Shown: in pieces, positions 19,894 through 29,919 of the stretch | Layout of the letters: each line of letters begins with the position of its first letter | Numbering within the stretch: the stretch's first letter is position 1 | Assembly: GCA_963781095.1 (NCBI GenBank) | Contig: CAWAEA010000013.1 | Location: forward strand, 79,081-143,080 | DNA from: Pirellulaceae bacterium | Lineage (GTDB): Bacteria; Planctomycetota; Planctomycetia; Pirellulales; Pirellulaceae | Direction: 5' to 3' | DNA length: 64,000 bases | Program-made: the position numbers and the translations under genes | The notes under the pieces: generated by a model | Told to the model about the DNA's origin: nothing | What the model saw: the letters and a program-made list of their open reading frames with translations, nothing else | Databases searched by the model: none

Positions 19894-22128
19894 ATGACGC
19901 GAGTGTTGCACCGAATGGTTGCTCCTACTCTGATCTTGGTATTTTTGGCGTGGGCGTTGCCAAGTCCTGTCGCGCTCGCGGATGGTTGGACATCGTGGCG
20001 AGGGCCAAATCAAAACGGGACGATCGACGCGACGGACCTTGTCGATGAATTTGACCCACGCGGTGGTGAAGGCAGCAACGTCGTTTGGAAGAGTGAGGCG
20101 GGTGCGGGCATCTCAACGCCGGTGGAGATGAAGGGGCGGTTGTACACAATCGTTCGCCACCAAGTTGACACCCCGATTGACGCCGAAAAAGTGATTTGTT
20201 TGGACGCGCAATCAGGCAAGGTGCTGTGGGAAAATATCTCTAACGTTTTCCTGTCCGACGTGCCTGCCGAACGCGTCGGTTGGTCAAACGTGACGGCGGA
20301 TCCGCAAACCGATACGGTGTTCGCACTGAGCGCGTGTTGTTTGCTTCAGTGCATTGATGCCGAGTCTGGCAAAACGGTTTGGTCGCGTTCGCTCAGCGAA
20401 GAATATGGGATGCTTAGCACCTATGGCGGACGCACCAACACGCCTGTCGTGTTTGAGAATCTTGTGATCATAAGCGGCGTGACCACGGGATGGGATGAGA
20501 CGGCTCGTCCCGCTCACCGCTTTTTAGCGTTTGATAAAAAGAGTGGTGAATTGGTTTGGCTTTCGAGCACCCGACCGATGCCGGAGGATACTACCTTTTC
20601 AACGCCTATCTTTACGACCATTGATGGGCAAGACTTAATGATTGCCGGATCGGGCGATGGAGGACTTCACGGATTCCAGCCTCGAACCGGAGCCCTTCTT
20701 TGGTCCGTGCCCATCTCACGTCGTGGCATCAATACCTCGGCGGTCACCGATGGGTCCGGCCACGCGTACATCGCTCAAGGTGAGGAGAATCCGAAAGGGA
20801 CTTTGATGGGAGCGGTGGTGTGCATCGATCTCGCTTCAGCAATGTCAGGATCATCGACAGCAGAAGTTTGGCGGACCGAGGAGTTGATCGTCGGAAAGAG
20901 TTCGCCGTTGTTGGTGGACGGCCGGATTTACGTCGTCGAAGATTCATCGAAGTTGCACGTGCTCGACGCCGGCACGGGAGAAGAGGTTGGTAAACCGTTG
21001 AAGCTCGGCACATCAATGCGAGGAAGTTTGATCTATGCCGACGGTAAAATTTTCGCCTGCACCGGCACCGGTTATTTCTACGTGCTGGCGCCCGTCGAAG
21101 ACGGTGTTGAGGTCGTTTCAAAAGTGCGATTGCCCAAGGGTCACGACGTCGGTGGTTCGCCAATCGTGGTCAATGATCGCGTGTACTTGCCAACCACCGG
21201 CGGTTTGTTTTGTCTAGCCGAGAATGATTCGAAGTTGCCGTCCCGGGACGGAACGGACCAACAGGGTGATACAGACGTATCGCCCGCCGATCCGACTGAT
21301 CTTTCGGTAGCGAGTTTGCAAATCATTCCGGCCGAAGCGATGGTTCGCGCCGGCGACTCGTTGGACTTGAAAGTCGTCGCATTCAATCAATCGGGCGATC
21401 GATTGACGAGCTTGCCCGATGACCTGGCATTCGATGTCTCCGGGAATGATGCATCAATCAATGATGATGGGACGCTGGGAACCAAGACATCGAATCGTCA
21501 CACCGCATCAATGGTGACGGTCAAGTCGGGCGACGTGGTCGCATCGGCAAGGTACCGTGTCATACCGTCTTTGCCGTGGACGTTTGACTTTGCCGATCGT
21601 CAGGTTCCCGTCACATGGATCGGTGCTCGGTACCGACACGAGGCTCGTGATGTCGACGGCAAACCGGCGATCGTGAAAGTCACGACGATCCCCAAGGGCA
21701 CGCGCAGCCAAACGTGGTTCGGTCCCACCGACCTGTCCGACTACACGGTGACCGCGGACGTGCGTGCCGCCGAGGGGACGGCAAAGCTGCCTGATATCGG
21801 CGTCATCGCCCAGCGTTACACGTTGGACATGATGGGCGAGTCGCAACAGTTGCAGATCCGCACCTGGACGGCCCAGCTTCGAATGGCTCGAAGTGTTCCA
21901 TTTGAATGGAAATCCGGTACTTGGTACCGATTGAAGTTCGTGGCCACGGTCGAGGGTGATCAAGCGGTGCTAAGAGCCAAGGCATGGCCGCGTGACGAGA
22001 ATGAGCCGAGTGAATGGACACTCACCGCAACCGATGACGCGCCCAATCGCAATGGGAGTCCCGGACTATTTGGCAACGCGACAAATTCCGAAATCTTCAT
22101 CGAGAATGTGTCGGTGACGAAAAATTGA
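19894..22128 (+). CDS. PQQ-like beta-propeller repeat protein with C-terminal beta-sandwich domains
   Basis: WTSWRGPNQNG and repeated 'CLDAQSGKVLW' blades; start uncertain (ORF from 19639). Confidence 0.85.
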   Translation: MTRVLHRMVAPTLILVFLAWALPSPVALADGWTSWRGPNQNGTIDATDLVDEFDPRGGEGSNVVWKSEAGAGISTPVEMKGRLYTIVRHQVDTPIDAEKVICLDAQSGKVLWENISNVFLSDVPAERVGWSNVTADPQTDTVFALSACCLLQCIDAESGKTVWSRSLSEEYGMLSTYGGRTNTPVVFENLVIISGVTTGWDETARPAHRFLAFDKKSGELVWLSSTRPMPEDTTFSTPIFTTIDGQDLMIAGSGDGGLHGFQPRTGALLWSVPISRRGINTSAVTDGSGHAYIAQGEENPKGTLMGAVVCIDLASAMSGSSTAEVWRTEELIVGKSSPLLVDGRIYVVEDSSKLHVLDAGTGEEVGKPLKLGTSMRGSLIYADGKIFACTGTGYFYVLAPVEDGVEVVSKVRLPKGHDVGGSPIVVNDRVYLPTTGGLFCLAENDSKLPSRDGTDQQGDTDVSPADPTDLSVASLQIIPAEAMVRAGDSLDLKVVAFNQSGDRLTSLPDDLAFDVSGNDASINDDGTLGTKTSNRHTASMVTVKSGDVVASARYRVIPSLPWTFDFADRQVPVTWIGARYRHEARDVDGKPAIVKVTTIPKGTRSQTWFGPTDLSDYTVTADVRAAEGTAKLPDIGVIAQRYTLDMMGESQQLQIRTWTAQLRMARSVPFEWKSGTWYRLKFVATVEGDQAVLRAKAWPRDENEPSEWTLTATDDAPNRNGSPGLFGNATNSEIFIENVSVTKN

Positions 22129-22275
22129 GTGCTGACGCGCACGCGTTTTTCACTCAATCTTCATCGAACGTTTTGCGGTCAACGTGGTAAAAGTGTGGAT
22201 AGAATGGGCGTGCAAATGCCTGCCCGACGTTATGAATCGTCGTAACCCACCTTTCCCTTGATTTCGAGACACTCC

Positions 22276-24288
22276 ATGCATTTTGATTTGAGACCGACGT
22301 GCCATCTATCAATGATCGCGACGTTGTTCTGCGTCGCTTTGATGTCGGCAACCACGCGTGCTCATGAAGGACACGGCGACCATACTCATGAAAAAGGTTC
22401 CGAGCATGGCAAAAAGATCTTCACCACGCGAGGTGATTCGCGAACGTTGCCGATGGCGAAGGAAGAAGATGCGTTTCAGTTCATCGTCTACGGAGATCGA
22501 ACCGGCGGTGTACCGGAGGGGCTGCGCGTGCTTGAGCAGGCCGTGGTGGATACAAACCTGTTGGACCCCGATTTGGTGATGACCGTCGGCGATTTGGTCC
22601 AAGGCTACAACGATACGCCGCAGTGGACCGAACAGATGACCGAATTCAAAGGCATCATGGACGGATTGAATATGAAATGGTTTCCCGTCGCGGGGAATCA
22701 TGACGTGTATTGGCGGGGCCAAACTAAACCGCCCGAGGGCCAACACGAGTCGAGTTACGAAAAGCACTTTGGCCCGCTTTGGTATTCGTTTGCTCACAAG
22801 AATTCGGCGTTCGTGGTTCTGTACAGTGATGAGGGCGATCGCGAAACGAACGTCAAAGGTTTTAGCGATTCGAAACTGCAAACGATGAGCGAAGAACAGT
22901 TGGATTTTCTTGGCAAGGCGCTGGAAAAACACAAATCGAGCGAGCACGTCTTCGTGTTCTTGCACCATCCGCGTTGGACGGGCGGGAACTACAGCGGCGG
23001 CAATTGGGATGTCGTCCACGAAAAGCTAAAGGCCGCCGGCAATGTTTCCGCGGTCTTTGCCGGACACATTCACCACATGCGCTACGACGGACCCCAGGAT
23101 GGGATCGAGTACTACACGTTGGCCACGACGGGTGGGCATTTGTCCGCCGACATTCCCGCCGCCGGGTACTTGCATCACTTGAACGTCGTGACGGTTCGTC
23201 CCGGAGGCGTGAGTGTCGCTGCCCTGGCGATCGGATCGGTGATCGATCCCAAAGAGTTCACTCCTGAGTTCCTGGCCGAAATCGACAGCGCGCGACGTAT
23301 TCGCCCCGAGCAAACTGAGCATCAAATGCAGTTGCAGCCCGATGGATCTGCATCTGGGCGAGTGACCTTCAAAATCCAAAATCCGGCGAAGCGGGCCGTC
23401 GATCTCACCGTCTCGCTGGACCAGGTGGGGAACGAATGGAAGACATCGCTCGATCACGAGCACTTGACGATTCAACCGAACGAAACGAAGACGGTGGAAG
23501 TGGCGCTGAAGCGATTGCCCGATCCCGAAACCCGCTTCGATGTTCCGAAAATTCGATTGGACATGGAGTACATCGGCGAATCAGCGCGGATCGCGATGCC
23601 GGCCGTCATGACGCCCGTTTCCATGCGATTGTCGTCCGTTCCGGCCGACTATTTTGTGGGCCAACCCGATCTTTGTTTGAATTTAGAGTCTGCGGCGGAC
23701 GCGGTGCGGATCGAGTCCTCGGAATTGATGGTTCCCGAGGGTCCGTTCACCGTCGAGGGCTGGTTCAATCCGCATCAATCCGAGGGCATGCGCGGTGCGA
23801 TCTCAAAAGCCCAAGGCAGCGAGTTTGCAATCTTCATGGACGAAGGTGTCCCACAGTTTAACGTTCACTTGGGCGGCAACTACGTCACGGCGAAAGCCAC
23901 CAAAAAGCTGCTCACCGACACTTGGGTTCACGTTGCCGGCGAATACAACGGTTCCGAAGTTCGTCTTTACGTCGACGGAAAGCGAGTGGGCACAAAATCT
24001 GGAAACGGCAAACGGACTCGCAATGAGCTTCCCCTCTACATCGGCGCCGACCCGGACGAAAGTGGCACGGCAAGTCGCCCGTTTTTGGGCCAGATCAATG
24101 ATGTGCGAGTCTCGCAGGGTGCCCTTTACGACGAAGATTTTTCACCGACGAAAAGGCTCGCCGTGGAGGAATCGACTCGATTGCTGATGCACTTTGATCG
24201 CACGCTCGGTCCATTCGTGCTCGATCACAGCAATTCCGCCAGCATGGGATTGTTGGGCAATCCAAACTCGCTGGTGCCCGCCGAGTGA
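22276..24288 (+). CDS. Calcineurin-like metallophosphoesterase with C-terminal LamG domain
   Basis: YGDRT, VGDLV, AGNHD, FLHHP, AGHIH motifs; LamG 'FTVEGW...WVHVA...LYVDG'. Confidence 0.9.
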   Translation: MHFDLRPTCHLSMIATLFCVALMSATTRAHEGHGDHTHEKGSEHGKKIFTTRGDSRTLPMAKEEDAFQFIVYGDRTGGVPEGLRVLEQAVVDTNLLDPDLVMTVGDLVQGYNDTPQWTEQMTEFKGIMDGLNMKWFPVAGNHDVYWRGQTKPPEGQHESSYEKHFGPLWYSFAHKNSAFVVLYSDEGDRETNVKGFSDSKLQTMSEEQLDFLGKALEKHKSSEHVFVFLHHPRWTGGNYSGGNWDVVHEKLKAAGNVSAVFAGHIHHMRYDGPQDGIEYYTLATTGGHLSADIPAAGYLHHLNVVTVRPGGVSVAALAIGSVIDPKEFTPEFLAEIDSARRIRPEQTEHQMQLQPDGSASGRVTFKIQNPAKRAVDLTVSLDQVGNEWKTSLDHEHLTIQPNETKTVEVALKRLPDPETRFDVPKIRLDMEYIGESARIAMPAVMTPVSMRLSSVPADYFVGQPDLCLNLESAADAVRIESSELMVPEGPFTVEGWFNPHQSEGMRGAISKAQGSEFAIFMDEGVPQFNVHLGGNYVTAKATKKLLTDTWVHVAGEYNGSEVRLYVDGKRVGTKSGNGKRTRNELPLYIGADPDESGTASRPFLGQINDVRVSQGALYDEDFSPTKRLAVEESTRLLMHFDRTLGPFVLDHSNSASMGLLGNPNSLVPAE

Positions 24289-24380
24289 ACCGACGAGTCG
24301 CATGAACCCACGCGCCGAGTGAACCGGCGCATGTGAACCGGCACAAGTGAACCCACGCACCCAGTGAAGCCACGCGCCCG
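24284..24380 (+). repeat. Degenerate short tandem repeats with a TGAACC core
   Basis: Six (g/a)TGAA(C/G)C units at ~13-18 bp spacing. Confidence 0.6.
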
Positions 24381-24525
24381 CGATCGAGATCGCGGCATTT
24401 GCGTGGGTGCAACGAAATTCCAGACCGGCTTTTCGTTGAAGCGGTGGCCTCGCGACGGGCAAGCGCCTACGATGAACGCTCTGGCGACAATGTTTCTTTC
24501 CCCACCCCTCACCAAGGATAACTTC

Positions 24526-25122
24526 ATGATTCGGTCCACACTTTCGGCGGCCTGCATGTTCGCAGTCGCGGCAATGATGATGCCCCAGGCGTCCGCACAG
24601 GAAACCAAAGCGAATTCGTCCAAGGCACACTCCCACGAGCATGCCGGCGCCGAGGCCCCGATGCCGACGCTCGGCATCGCAGTCATCATGCCGACCAAAG
24701 GCAATAAAGTTCGCGGAATGCTGCGGTTGGCTCAAAAGGGCGAAAGTCTTCAAGTCAGCGGCAAGATTCGCAATCTGACTCCCGGCGATCACGGTTTTCA
24801 CATTCACGAATTTGGTGACTTGCGCAACATGGCAGACGGCACCAGCGCCGGTGGTCACTTCAATCCGACGGGCGTTCCCCACGGCGGTCCCGGCCACGGC
24901 CACGTCGGCGACCTCGGCAACATCACCGCCGATTCGGAGGGCGTCGCGACCGTCGATGTGACTCTCGATCACACGATGCTGCACTTCATTCTCGGTCGCA
25001 CATTCGTTGTGCATGCTGGTAAAGATGACTTGTCGAGTCAACCGAGCGGCGACGCGGGAGCGCGAGTCGGACTGGGCATCATCGGCGTGGGGAACCCTGA
25101 TTTCAAAGCTTCGGCAAAGTAA
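24526..25122 (+). CDS. sodC: Cu/Zn superoxide dismutase
   Basis: HGFHIHEFGD, SAGGHFNP, HVGDLGNI, VVHAGKDD, GDAGAR; signal peptide; RBS AAGGA. Confidence 0.95.
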   Translation: MIRSTLSAACMFAVAAMMMPQASAQETKANSSKAHSHEHAGAEAPMPTLGIAVIMPTKGNKVRGMLRLAQKGESLQVSGKIRNLTPGDHGFHIHEFGDLRNMADGTSAGGHFNPTGVPHGGPGHGHVGDLGNITADSEGVATVDVTLDHTMLHFILGRTFVVHAGKDDLSSQPSGDAGARVGLGIIGVGNPDFKASAK

Positions 25123-25136
25123 TCGCCCACGGTCGG

Positions 25137-26195
25137 TCACACGATATATTCTTTTAGCAATTGCAGCGTCGCTTGGATTGATTCAAGCGACGCTGTTTCA
25201 TTTGCGGTGTGATATCCCGTCGTGGGAATCTGCAAGGTTGTCCCGGTGATCCGTCCTTCGGTCGCATTGATCAACCGCCCCAATTCGGTGCGTCCGAGCG
25301 AAAGCGGTTTTTCCCGAGCCATGTTTAGGCTCTCGACGTATTTATCTTTGTACGAGTATTTGATGTTCATCAGCTCGCATCGATCTCTCAATTCTTCGGT
25401 GATCGCGGGTGCGAAGGTTGATGATGCGTCGCGGGTTCGCAACACAACATGCTGGGCCGACGCCGCTTCCTCGTTGGAATAGGGGCTGGTGTCGAGCACG
25501 ATAATTCGATCGCTGACGATGTCGTGCCGTTGGAACCACGCCAAAGCATATTGCCAACTTCGCCCCGCTTCTTCGCCCGCGGTGAACAAAGCCGTGCCTT
25601 GGAACCCGCATCGAAACATGTAAACCATCAACGCCACGGATAAGACATTGTCCAATTGAGCTCGAATGAACCCATCGGCTACTGTCAAGCGATCGAGAAA
25701 CGAGACCGGCGTTCCGGGTTGGAGAAAATCGAGACCCGAAACTTCGAAAATGAGGTTGCGACGTTTCGGGCAGATGAAGGATCGGTTGATGGTCCCCTGA
25801 CCCAAGTAGCTACCCGCATAGGGTGTGTGTGCCTGGACGCGTTGGCCGTGAAAACGGTCGGCGATCAATTCCATTGTTTGTTCGGAAACGCTATCACCCG
25901 TCATCTCGCTGCGATTGGCGATGATGAACGCGGCGTATTGAAATTCGTTCGGACCCGTACAAATCAAGCCGTGCCGATCAATGTGCGCCGACAAGATCTG
26001 GCCGCCGGAGTCTCGACCTCGAGCGACCAGCAAACCGTGGTAGCGAGTCACGTCGATTGGCAACTCATCGAGTTCGCGGCGGAGCACTCGAAAGAATGCA
26101 TCTTCACAGCCCACGATCGAGGGTTCGCGGATCAGACCACGTAACAACAGCAAAAAATCATCGAGATCAGCGGCCAAATCGTCGTGCTTCTTCAT
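25137..26195 (-). CDS. M42/M20-clan metallopeptidase-like protein
   Basis: SAHIDRHG, AQLDN, FTAGEEAG, LDTS, TGYHT metal-ligand motifs. Confidence 0.8.
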   Translation of the reverse strand: MKKHDDLAADLDDFLLLLRGLIREPSIVGCEDAFFRVLRRELDELPIDVTRYHGLLVARGRDSGGQILSAHIDRHGLICTGPNEFQYAAFIIANRSEMTGDSVSEQTMELIADRFHGQRVQAHTPYAGSYLGQGTINRSFICPKRRNLIFEVSGLDFLQPGTPVSFLDRLTVADGFIRAQLDNVLSVALMVYMFRCGFQGTALFTAGEEAGRSWQYALAWFQRHDIVSDRIIVLDTSPYSNEEAASAQHVVLRTRDASSTFAPAITEELRDRCELMNIKYSYKDKYVESLNMAREKPLSLGRTELGRLINATEGRITGTTLQIPTTGYHTANETASLESIQATLQLLKEYIV

Positions 26196-26207
26196 CGCTC
26201 GTTCCTC

Positions 26208-26990
26208 TCAACTGGTGGGTTTTTCGCGAGTGTCCACGGTGATTCCTGCGAGGGCCACCGCCAGCGGGTCGTCGCCGGCTGAACAGAATCCCCAATGTTC
26301 TCGGCGTCGCCAACCTTCGGCATATTCGAATTTGCCGCTCATCTTTCCGACTTCGGCGCTGACTTGCCTGGCGGTCTCGAGGTAGCTGTCTTGACCCTGG
26401 CTCTCGTCGAGCCATTGCTTTTGACTTTCATGACAACCGAGTGCCTCGATTTTTTTCTCGAGAACCTCGGTGATGTCCACATAGAGGTGGGGGGTCACCA
26501 ATTCGCCTGTCGGAACTCGGTTGTGAACCGGTTGCGCGTGATAAACGGTGACCGGGTCTGAGTAGACGGGAACGGGTGGATCGCTGTGAAGGTTAGGCAT
26601 CCCATGCGCAAACGCCGCGCTGACCGCCAATCGGCATGCGATCTCGTGATCTTCCATGTAGTCCACGGGCGAGTGCGTCAACACGATCGACGGCTTTGCC
26701 ATCCGAACGATGCCGGCAACCTTTGCCAAGTTTTGAGTCGTGTAAACCGCTTCCATATCGTGGTAGATGGGAGGATAAAATTTCCCGCCAAGCACCGCAC
26801 ACGCCGCTTGGGCTTCCGCTAATCTCTTGGCCGCGCAGGTCGTCATGTCCATGGTGGTCGATCCACGCGAACCATCGCACAAGTTGGCATAGTGCAATTC
26901 CCAACCCCGCGCCGCCAATTGCAGCATCGTTCCGGCGAATAGGAATTCGATGTCATCGGGGTGCGCGGCGATGGCGAGGACGCTGGGCAT
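26208..26990 (-). CDS. PIG-L/LmbE family deacetylase
   Basis: AIAAHPDDIE, THSPVDYMEDH, CHESQ. Confidence 0.92.
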   Translation of the reverse strand: MPSVLAIAAHPDDIEFLFAGTMLQLAARGWELHYANLCDGSRGSTTMDMTTCAAKRLAEAQAACAVLGGKFYPPIYHDMEAVYTTQNLAKVAGIVRMAKPSIVLTHSPVDYMEDHEIACRLAVSAAFAHGMPNLHSDPPVPVYSDPVTVYHAQPVHNRVPTGELVTPHLYVDITEVLEKKIEALGCHESQKQWLDESQGQDSYLETARQVSAEVGKMSGKFEYAEGWRRREHWGFCSAGDDPLAVALAGITVDTREKPTS

Positions 26991-27060
26991 GAGGTTAACC
27001 TTTAAGAAGATCGCGGAGTTTGGGGGAGTCGTTAATGAGGTACAGTTCGAAAGGGAGGCG

Positions 27061-27405
27061 ATGATCGCACGACAACGAGCCTTAGCACTGTTGAGTGAAT
27101 GTACCGGCGAGACGTTATGGCCGGTTGAGCATTGCGTCATCCGGGGTGTACCGCAAGTCTGGATTGACGAGCTGGCGGCGGCTTTCGAATCGGGTTTTGA
27201 AAATGACCGCGACACAATCTATCGTGACGAGGTTGACTTTGCGAAGCGACGTGCGACCAATCAATTCCATGGCGTGCGCGATGTGGACTTGGCGATCCGG
27301 TTGGGGGAGAGCCTGGGTGTGGACGTCGCCAAAATCCGGCAATTCGCCCTCGGCCGCGCCGCCGTGGTCGAGGCGATCAAACAGGCCGTGATGGAAGGCG
27401 AATGA
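27061..27405 (+). CDS. Hypothetical protein
   Basis: GGGAGG RBS, 114-aa ORF between oppositely oriented genes. Confidence 0.7.
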   Translation: MIARQRALALLSECTGETLWPVEHCVIRGVPQVWIDELAAAFESGFENDRDTIYRDEVDFAKRRATNQFHGVRDVDLAIRLGESLGVDVAKIRQFALGRAAVVEAIKQAVMEGE

Positions 27406-27427
27406 AACCTCATCCCGGCTTGGTCGG

Positions 27428-28327
27428 CTAATCATCGTGATGCTGGTGCTTTTGGGGATCCCGGTCGTGGTGGTGTTGATCAATGTGAACGTGCAAGTTG
27501 GCATGGTGTTCGAACAGCCAATTCCATCCCGACTCGGTGACCGCGGACCCATCCAAATAAAGCGACTCGAGCTGGGGCATCTCCGCAAGCAATTTGAGAC
27601 CATCATCCGTGATTCGTACATCGATCAAGTGAACGGTTCGCAAGGTCGTGACGTTCGCAATTTCGCGTGCGGCTTCGTTGCTCAGGTTTGGCGATCCGAG
27701 CCTCAGGCTGCGGAGGCGCGGCATCGACGCGAGCGACTTGATTCCCTCAGCCGTGCATTCGCACTGGGGCAAGTTTAAAAATATCATTGTCTCGCAGCGC
27801 GAGATTTCTTTGAGTCCACGATCGGTGATGGGGGACAACCTCAAACGAAGTTGCTGGAGTTTTGGAAGCGCGGTGATCTTCGCGAGGGAGGAATCGGTGA
27901 CGACACCTTGGTCAAAAATAACGGTCTCGAGCGAATCGAGTGACCCCATGCGGGCGATCATCGAATCATCGACCGCGAACTCAGTCACATGCAGCGTGTC
28001 AATGGTGGAGTCGGCTTCGATCGTTTGACATAACGCATCGAACAGTAGGGCGGGATCGACCATCGTCACTTCCTCAGTGGCTTGATCGGTTGACGAGTTG
28101 GCAAACCAAACCAACATCGCAACCGTGCCCGCCATCAGGCACGACGCCAGCAAGATCAACTGGTGTCGCCGTGATCGCGCCCTTTTTTCAATGACGATCG
28201 GCGGCACCGAGCCGTCCGGTTCGCTGTCCTCGGATTCAGAACTCTGGGCGGAAACTGCCAGGATCATGGGGCGGATGCTGCCAGCATGCTCGCTTCCGGA
28301 AGAGGATTTATTTTGTGACTTGACCAT
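27428..28327 (-). CDS. Membrane-anchored leucine-rich repeat protein with His-rich C-terminus
   Basis: TM helix, repeats 'LxxLxL...ITDxGL', tail HVHIDQHHHDRDPQKHQHHDD. Confidence 0.85.
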   Translation of the reverse strand: MVKSQNKSSSGSEHAGSIRPMILAVSAQSSESEDSEPDGSVPPIVIEKRARSRRHQLILLASCLMAGTVAMLVWFANSSTDQATEEVTMVDPALLFDALCQTIEADSTIDTLHVTEFAVDDSMIARMGSLDSLETVIFDQGVVTDSSLAKITALPKLQQLRLRLSPITDRGLKEISRCETMIFLNLPQCECTAEGIKSLASMPRLRSLRLGSPNLSNEAAREIANVTTLRTVHLIDVRITDDGLKLLAEMPQLESLYLDGSAVTESGWNWLFEHHANLHVHIDQHHHDRDPQKHQHHDD

Positions 28328-28738
28328 GTTGCCCGTTCTAAAGACCCAGGCCGGCGGTTGCAATCACGGACAAAAAAACATCGGGGCGCTGCTCGCGAGA
28401 GCAGACACCCCGACGTGAATGAAATTTCGGCAAGAAGCAGTGTGCCGAGACGATTGACCCAGAAACCGTCGCACGCACACCCTCATCGCTTCGACTTCGC
28501 AATGAAGCCGGTAAACAATTCCCGCAAACGATTTACCAAACCGAAATTTCAAAAGCACAGTTTCGACTTGCATGGCTCCCAAATCCGAGTGCGAACCGAT
28601 GTCGCCATGAAGGTATGAGTTGATTAGCAATCCCGTTCGTCCGTTGTCAACGGAAGTTTGTAAGAATTCCGCCCTCATCGCTGTTGCTTCGTCGAGACCG
28701 CTGGCGAGTCGGGATCATCGATGCCCGATCGGCCTCAA

Positions 28739-29854
28739 TCACGCGGGTCGGTTAAGTCCTCGGACGATCGGTCTCGCCAATGCGGGAAACAACGTCAATG
28801 CGTTCGCGGCCACATGCCGGGCGAAGGACGATCTCAGGGTCGTGGTGACCAATCGACACATTCGCTTCTCGGATCTCAACAGCCCTCGCATTACGCGATC
28901 CCACGCGACGCCCAGATCGTTTGGGGTTTCGAGTTGGTTCGAAATTGTCCGCGCGGCCGCCGCTCCGGTCTGCATCGCCCACGTCATTCCTTCCCCGGTG
29001 AAAGGTTCCACGTATCCGGCCGCATCCCCGATCGCGATCACGCGACCCTTGCCCGATGTTCGGCTTCGACGAAGCGGCGGAGTCGTCATGGTCGGTGATG
29101 GGTTGCGCAGCTCGGAAAAATCAAAATGACTTTGTGCAAGCAATCGTTTGACTCGGTCGAGTGGCGATCGGCCGTCGGCCGCTCGACTGCCCCGCCGCAG
29201 TGCTCCGGCCACATCGACGCGTCCATTCGCCATTCTCACCAACCCGACATAGCCGTCGTCGTCACAGGCCATGTAGATCACTCCGGTCCGAACATCGTCG
29301 CAATCGGCCTCCATCGACACCCCGAATGGACCGCTCGGAGTTTTGGTCCACGGCAAAATCTCGCTGATCCCTCCCGCCTTTAGCCCGGCGGCCACCACCA
29401 CAATGTCATACGACCGCAAGACCGCATCGCAGCCGACTTCATGCCATGAGACTTCGACCCGTTTGTCATTCAGATCGATGATCCTGGCGGTCGTCTCCAT
29501 CGTGACATCCACGCCCCGTCGCCGTGCGTGCTCGACGAGCAACGGGTCGAGAACCTCGCGAGAGATGGCCAAACCGTTCGGCAATGGAATGTCGACGATT
29601 CGTCCACCGAGGGAAGCGGACCACCGATCTGTTCTAGCTCCGGCCGCAACGGCCTCGTCTCGAACACCCAATCGGTCCAACATCGACAGCCCGGTGCCTC
29701 CGATGCAACACCCGCAAACCTTCGGACGCGGAAACGCGGCCTTCTCAGCGACATCGACGGCAATTCCCAATGATCTCAGAGAAATCGCGCATGACGCGCC
29801 CGCAACGCCTCCTCCGATGATCAGAACCGATGGCCGCGGGCGTGGTGAAGGCAT
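28739..29854 (-). CDS. FAD-dependent oxidoreductase (geranylgeranyl reductase-like)
   Basis: IIGGGVAG, FPRPKVCG, IGDAAGYVEPFTGEGM. Confidence 0.9.
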   Translation of the reverse strand: MPSPRPRPSVLIIGGGVAGASCAISLRSLGIAVDVAEKAAFPRPKVCGCCIGGTGLSMLDRLGVRDEAVAAGARTDRWSASLGGRIVDIPLPNGLAISREVLDPLLVEHARRRGVDVTMETTARIIDLNDKRVEVSWHEVGCDAVLRSYDIVVVAAGLKAGGISEILPWTKTPSGPFGVSMEADCDDVRTGVIYMACDDDGYVGLVRMANGRVDVAGALRRGSRAADGRSPLDRVKRLLAQSHFDFSELRNPSPTMTTPPLRRSRTSGKGRVIAIGDAAGYVEPFTGEGMTWAMQTGAAAARTISNQLETPNDLGVAWDRVMRGLLRSEKRMCRLVTTTLRSSFARHVAANALTLFPALARPIVRGLNRPA

Positions 29855-29919
29855 GGAAAGCGCAAACGAAGTGATCGGCAAATGCTATCGAATCGACGCG
29901 GATGGCCACGTCGGAAACT

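Noticed and set aside
24142-25140. Long antisense and alternative-frame ORFs (332 aa opposite sodC; also 39350..40222, 46464..47276 and others)
   Set aside because: Shadows of well-supported genes in GC-rich DNA, with no motifs
28358-28678. Small ORFs on both strands (e.g. MKPVNNSRKRFTKPKFQK...)
   Set aside because: No clear RBS or recognisable motif; more likely the promoter region of the LRR gene
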